From assembly GCA_903921205.1 (NCBI GenBank), contig CAIXPF010000139.1:71733-135732 (forward strand): a stretch of DNA of 64,000 nt. Direction: 5' to 3'. Of the stretch, positions 60,207 to 64,000 are shown in pieces. Each line of letters opens with the position of its first letter. Within the stretch, counting starts at the first letter, position 1. The DNA comes from an uncultured Acidimicrobiia bacterium (lineage in GTDB: Bacteria > Actinomycetota > Acidimicrobiia > Acidimicrobiales > CAIXPF01). Both the position numbers and the translations under genes were made by a program. The notes under the pieces were generated by a model that did not search any database, was not told where the DNA came from, and saw only the letters and a program-made list of their open reading frames with translations.

Positions 60207-61645
60207 CCGGTGGCCTTTCGCCGGGTACGGGGTTGGGCCAGGGACACCGCTGCGGCGGCGACACCGCAGCCGCCGACGAACAGCCAGCCCGCCCGGAACC
60301 CGGCGATGCCGCCGAACGCGCTCTGCACCGTGACGACCAGCGCCACCCCGATCGCTGCGCCGACCTGGCGGGTGGTGTTGTTGATGGCGCCGCCGAGCGC
60401 GAAGTGGCCGGGCGCCAGGGTGTGCACCGCAGCGGCGGAGACCACCGGGAAGCTGAGACCGATGGAGATCCCGAGCAGGAACATCAACGGCAGCCAACGC
60501 GACCACGGAGCAGGATCGGTGCCCAGCAGCAGCGCCTCACCGGTCACCACCGCTGCGAAGAACAGCGGCGCGCCGATGAGCAGCGGCCGGAACCCGATGC
60601 GACGCATCAACCGGCCCGTCACCACCGACGTGACCGCCACGACGATCGGTGCCGGCACCGACAGCAGGCCGGCGTGCACGACGCTGAGGTGCCAGATCGT
60701 GCGCAGGAACAGGACGTTGTTCAAGATGTTGGCGGCGAAGCCCGCACCGAAGCAGAACATCGCCACGTTGGCCAGGCTGAAGGAGCGCTCCCGGAAGATC
60801 TCCGGCGGGAGCAGCGGGTGGGGCTGGGTGACCGAGCGTCGGGCCACGACCACACCGAAGACGGCTGCGGCGACCAGCAGGGCCACCACGCCGGGGTTGC
60901 CCCAGCCCAACGACTCGGCCCGGGAGATCGCCCAGACCAGCGAGGCGACGGCGGCGGTGAGGACCATCGAGGCCCAGATGTCGGGTCGCGGTTCCCGCTG
61001 CCGGGGTGGTTCGCGCACGATGCGATGGGCTGCGACCACCATGGCGAGACAGATCGGCACGTTGATCCAGAACGCCGAACGCCAGCCGAAGGTGGCCACG
61101 CACAGCGCCCCGAGCGTCGGGCCGGATGCCACCCCGAGCGCGCTCACGGCCCCGTTCCAGGCGATGGCCTGACTGCGCCGCTCGGCCGGGAAGGCGGCGA
61201 GCAGCAGGCCGAGCGAGGCGGGCATGAGCAGCGCCCCGCCGACACCCTGCACCGCCCGGCCGGCGATGAGCGCACCCAGGCCGGGCGAGAGCGCGCACCC
61301 GAGCGAGCCGATCAGGAACACGACGGTGCCGGCCTGCAGCATCCGCTTGCGCCCGACCTGGTCGGCGAGCCGGCCCGATACCACCAGCAGCGAGCCGAAC
61401 ATGATCGAGTAAGCGGTGACCACCCACGAGACGGCACCCCGGCTGGCGCCGGGGTAGCTCCGGGCGATCTCGGCGAAGGCCACGTTGACGATGGACATGT
61501 CCAGCGTTGCCACGAAGGAGGCCACGGCGGACACCGCGAACGTCGGCCACGGGCTGTTCGGTGCTGCGCCCGCCGCCGGCCGGGGCGGGACGGCCGTGCC
61601 GGTGGGCCTGGGGGGTCGGTCCGGTGGGCCAGTGAGTTTCGTCAC
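60203..61645 (-). CDS. MFS drug/H+ antiporter, DHA2 (EmrB/QacA, 14-TM) family
   Basis: LDMSIVNVAFAEIARSY, LADQVGRKRMLQAGTVVFLIGSLGCAL and about 14 TM segments. GTG 61645 is the chosen start. The stop overlaps the downstream thioesterase start. Confidence 0.85.
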   Translation of the reverse strand: MTKLTGPPDRPPRPTGTAVPPRPAAGAAPNSPWPTFAVSAVASFVATLDMSIVNVAFAEIARSYPGASRGAVSWVVTAYSIMFGSLLVVSGRLADQVGRKRMLQAGTVVFLIGSLGCALSPGLGALIAGRAVQGVGGALLMPASLGLLLAAFPAERRSQAIAWNGAVSALGVASGPTLGALCVATFGWRSAFWINVPICLAMVVAAHRIVREPPRQREPRPDIWASMVLTAAVASLVWAISRAESLGWGNPGVVALLVAAAVFGVVVARRSVTQPHPLLPPEIFRERSFSLANVAMFCFGAGFAANILNNVLFLRTIWHLSVVHAGLLSVPAPIVVAVTSVVTGRLMRRIGFRPLLIGAPLFFAAVVTGEALLLGTDPAPWSRWLPLMFLLGISIGLSFPVVSAAAVHTLAPGHFALGGAINNTTRQVGAAIGVALVVTVQSAFGGIAGFRAGWLFVGGCGVAAAAVSLAQPRTRRKATG

Positions 61646-61680
61646 GGAACTCACTGTAGCGGTGAGTTCTCCGACGAAAC
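61631..61680. promoter_or_regulatory. Candidate HxlR operator region (inverted and direct GTGAGTT repeats)
   Basis: AGTGAGTT-tcgtcacgg-AACTCACT (61631-55), a third GTGAGTT at 61662-68, and GTTTCGTC (61636-43) paired with GACGAAAC (61673-80). It lies between the divergent MFS and hxlR-like starts. Confidence 0.4.
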
Positions 61681-61697
61681 CAACTAGCCTGCCCGAC

Positions 61698-62174
61698 GTG
61701 AGTCGCACCGACACCTCGGACTGGCCCTGCACCATCGCCCGCAGCGCCGACCTCCTCGGCGACGGCTGGAACCTGCTCATCATCCGCCAGGCCTGCCTCG
61801 GCGCCCGTCGCTTCGACGAGTTCCGCACCGCGCTCGGCATCGGTCGCAACGTGCTCACCACCCACCTCAACCGGCTGGTCGACGAAGACGTGCTGGTCCG
61901 GGTGCCCTACCAGGAGCACCCGCGGCGCCACGAGTACCGGCTCACCGACAAGGGGCGCGACGCGTTCGGCGTGCTCGCCGCCATGGCGGCGTGGGGTGAG
62001 CGCTGGCTGAGCGGGCCGGAGGGCACGCCGCTGGTGCTGCACCACACGGCGTGTGATCACGACATGACGGCCGAGGTCGTCTGCGGCCACTGCCATGGGC
62101 AGCTCGAGCTGCGAGAGGTCCGGGCGATGCGGGGCCCGGGTCACCCGGCGGCAATGCCCGGCTCCGCCGGGTAA
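61698..62174 (+). CDS. HxlR-family winged-helix transcriptional regulator
   Basis: CTIARSADLLGDGWNLLIIRQACLGARRFDEFRTALGIGRNVLTTHLNRLVDEDVLVRVPYQEHPRRHEYRLTDKGRD is the canonical HxlR domain. Confidence 0.85.
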   Translation: MSRTDTSDWPCTIARSADLLGDGWNLLIIRQACLGARRFDEFRTALGIGRNVLTTHLNRLVDEDVLVRVPYQEHPRRHEYRLTDKGRDAFGVLAAMAAWGERWLSGPEGTPLVLHHTACDHDMTAEVVCGHCHGQLELREVRAMRGPGHPAAMPGSAG

Positions 62175-62194
62175 CAGAGCGGACCGCCGCGGGA

Positions 62195-62788
62195 TCAGCG
62201 GTCGCGCAGGCCCTTGCCGGCGAGGATCCGCGGCGCGTACTTGTCGACCCGGGCGGCACGGGTCGATGCCTGCTTGGCGTCGGCGATGGCGAGGTGGTAC
62301 TCCCGCTGCCGGCCGGGGGTCAGCGCCGCGAACGCCGCACCGAACGCCGGGTCGCGCTCGATGCGGTCCTGGAGCTCCGCGGCGAGCTCGAGCGGCGGTG
62401 CCGGTGCCACCTGCAACCCGGCGCGTTCGATCTCGATCGCTGCGGCGACGTAGTCGCACACCACGCCGGCGAGCCGGGTGGTGTCCTCGACCGAGCGGAA
62501 GCAGATCCGCCGGGCCGAGCGGGAGTTGGGCCCCTGCTCCTCGAGCACGCCGGCGGGGTCCTCGAGCAGCGCCCCCTTGAAGAACATCAGGGCCAGGAAG
62601 TCCTTCATCTCCTGCAGGATCACGAGGTTGTGGCCCTCGTGGCCGTAGCAGGGCTTGGCCCACTTCAGCTCCTCGGTCAGGCCGCAGTCCAGCAGGAGGG
62701 CGCGTAACGCGGCCAGCTCGTCGGGCCAGCGCCGCGAACGGGCCAGGTAGGCGTCGACCTCGGGGTTCGCCGCAGGCGTCATGGGCAT
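62195..62788 (-). CDS. YdeI/DUF1801-family protein
   Basis: PEVDAYLARSRRWPDELAALRALLLDCGLTEELKWAKPCY... and the C-terminal LTPGRQREYHLAIADAKQASTRAARVDK. Confidence 0.75.
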   Translation of the reverse strand: MPMTPAANPEVDAYLARSRRWPDELAALRALLLDCGLTEELKWAKPCYGHEGHNLVILQEMKDFLALMFFKGALLEDPAGVLEEQGPNSRSARRICFRSVEDTTRLAGVVCDYVAAAIEIERAGLQVAPAPPLELAAELQDRIERDPAFGAAFAALTPGRQREYHLAIADAKQASTRAARVDKYAPRILAGKGLRDR

Positions 62789-62828
62789 CCTCGCTGGGCA
62801 ACGGCGTCGACCACGGACGGCCGCGGTC

Positions 62829-63392
62829 TCAACGGATCGGGACCAGCCAGTGTTGCAGCTCGACGTGCTGGGGGAAGGTCAGCAGCCCGGCGGCGAAGGT
62901 GTCCACGCTCACGAACGCCTGGGCCACCTTGTCCGACACCGAGCCGGGATCGCCGGGACGGAACATGCCCGCCAGCCCGATCCGTCCGGCGAGCTCGGGG
63001 TCCTCGGCGCCCGCCCGGCGCACCGACTCGACGGTGTCCTCCCACTCGGCGGTCGAGGCGAAACGGATGCCGAAGTGGAACGAACGCTGCGGGACGGCCA
63101 CCAGCTTGTCGGCATAGGCATGCCAGCTCTCGCCGAGGGCACCGCCGGCGTCGACCGCCTCGGCCAGGGCGCACTCGAAGGCCCACTGCTCGCGGGTGAC
63201 CTTCGACGCGTAGATCACGGTGTCGATGCCGTCGGGGTTGTTCGGGTCGACCGACACGGTGAGGAACTCGCCGCCCGCCTTGACCGAGCAGCCGAGCGCC
63301 TCGAAGCTGCGTCGGGCCAGGTCCATCTCGCCGGGCCGGTACACCGTCTCGAGGTGGTTGAGCAGCCGACCACGTCCGTCGACGAGTTGCAT
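62829..63392 (-). CDS. Hypothetical protein
   Basis: Met 63392 is preceded by the RBS GGGGAGG. 187 aa with good GC3. No family was recognised; it may be VOC-like. Confidence 0.5.
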   Translation of the reverse strand: MQLVDGRGRLLNHLETVYRPGEMDLARRSFEALGCSVKAGGEFLTVSVDPNNPDGIDTVIYASKVTREQWAFECALAEAVDAGGALGESWHAYADKLVAVPQRSFHFGIRFASTAEWEDTVESVRRAGAEDPELAGRIGLAGMFRPGDPGSVSDKVAQAFVSVDTFAAGLLTFPQHVELQHWLVPIR

Positions 63393-63510
63393 GAGGGCCT
63401 CCCCGGGCACTGTGGCACGGTCCGCCGCCCGGCGGGCCGGTCTTCTCGCCCGGTGATCGTACGCCGGGTCGCCTGGCACCGTCAGCCCGGCGCGTGCTCG
63501 ACTGCGGGGC

Positions 63511-64000
63511 GTGACAGGCCTGGTGACCCACTACGTCCCGAGTACCGACGGTGTCGAGGTGGCCGTGCACGACAGCGGCGGCCCGGGACGGCCGCTGCTC
63601 GCGGTGCACGGCACCGGCATGGTCGGGCTGATGTGGGAACCGGTGCTGCGCCTGCTGCCGGCGGACACGGTGCGGGTGCTCTACGTCGATCTGCGCGGCC
63701 ACGGGGCCAGCCGCACCCCCGACGGGGTGTCCTTCCTCGACCGTTCGATGGTGGCCGACCTCACCGCGGTGGTCGATGCGCTCGCGCCGGAGGGGGCCTG
63801 GGTGGCGGCGCACTCGATGGGTGCCGCCACCGCGTTGCTGACCTCGCTGGAGCGGCCGGCGGCGTTCGCCAAGCTGTTCGCCTTCGAGCCGATCATCTTC
63901 CGGCGTGAGCCCGATTTCGGTGGTGCCCAGCCGGAGTTCCTCGAGGGCGTGCGTCGCCGCAAGGCCACCTTCGCCTCCCGGCAGGAGGCCATCGACCGTT
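63511..64000 (+). CDS. Alpha/beta-fold hydrolase (3' end outside window)
   Basis: The GTG 63511 frame is open to the window end. The translation is VEVAVHDSGGPGRPLLAVHGTGM...DLRGHGAS...AAHSMGAATAL, which includes the nucleophile elbow. Confidence 0.75.
   Translation, partial: MTGLVTHYVPSTDGVEVAVHDSGGPGRPLLAVHGTGMVGLMWEPVLRLLPADTVRVLYVDLRGHGASRTPDGVSFLDRSMVADLTAVVDALAPEGAWVAAHSMGAATALLTSLERPAAFAKLFAFEPIIFRREPDFGGAQPEFLEGVRRRKATFASRQEAIDR

Noticed and set aside
43903-63392. Enrichment of VOC/glyoxalase-fold genes (43903, 54103, 56605, possibly 62829) as a functional system.
   Set aside because: The genes are scattered, lie on different strands and are not co-transcribed. VOC genes are abundant in actinobacterial genomes.

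Overview
High-GC (roughly 70%) actinobacterial chromosomal segment, densely coding on both strands. It is mostly core and housekeeping genes, with accessory-looking stretches. No CRISPR array, rRNA, transposase, integrase or recognisable defence system was seen.

Landmarks in order:
- 3' part of a parA-like gene.
- Tandem glycine riboswitch driving gcvT-gcvP.
- A translationally coupled acyl-CoA dehydrogenase pair, a CDF transporter, yqgE, a photolyase, another ACAD, gpsA and tRNA-Leu.
- The actinobacterial cell-wall signalling cluster fhaA-fhaB-pstP-rodA-pbpA-pknB, followed by crgA.
- A lower-GC patch with two hypothetical genes.
- A large Liv-type ABC locus: livG-livF-livH-livM, two paralogous oversized lipoprotein binding proteins, then a second livH-livM pair overlapping metY.
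- A CoA-binding protein, a SixA-like phosphatase, an ACAD, divergent paaX-like and desaturase genes, and larC-larB.
- A run of small redox, VOC and hydrolase genes.
- A beta-class DNA methyltransferase with an extra C-terminal domain, divergent from a 1113-aa secreted FG-GAP/RCC1/FN3 protein.
- An acyl-CoA synthetase, a cupin plus a Rieske oxygenase, and a Xis-like HTH gene.
- A tRNA-Ser/tRNA-Ser/tRNA-Arg neighbourhood with a decayed tauD-like pseudogene.
- SDR, thioesterase, MFS, hxlR and further small genes.

Most unusual observations:
1. A dispersed perfect palindrome, GCGAATCGACGTCGATTCGC, occurs three times plus one degenerate relative. Two copies lie in-frame inside coding sequence.
2. 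The architecture and regulatory DNA of the duplicated ABC binding-protein/permease unit are atypical. This includes a permease whose conserved N-terminus has no canonical start codon.
3. A near-identical 150-bp tandem duplication lies inside the RCC1 region of the giant secreted protein.
4. The apparently orphan methyltransferase is fused to a nuclease-like C-terminal domain.

All functional calls come from reading the supplied translations for family-specific motifs. No database search was run.
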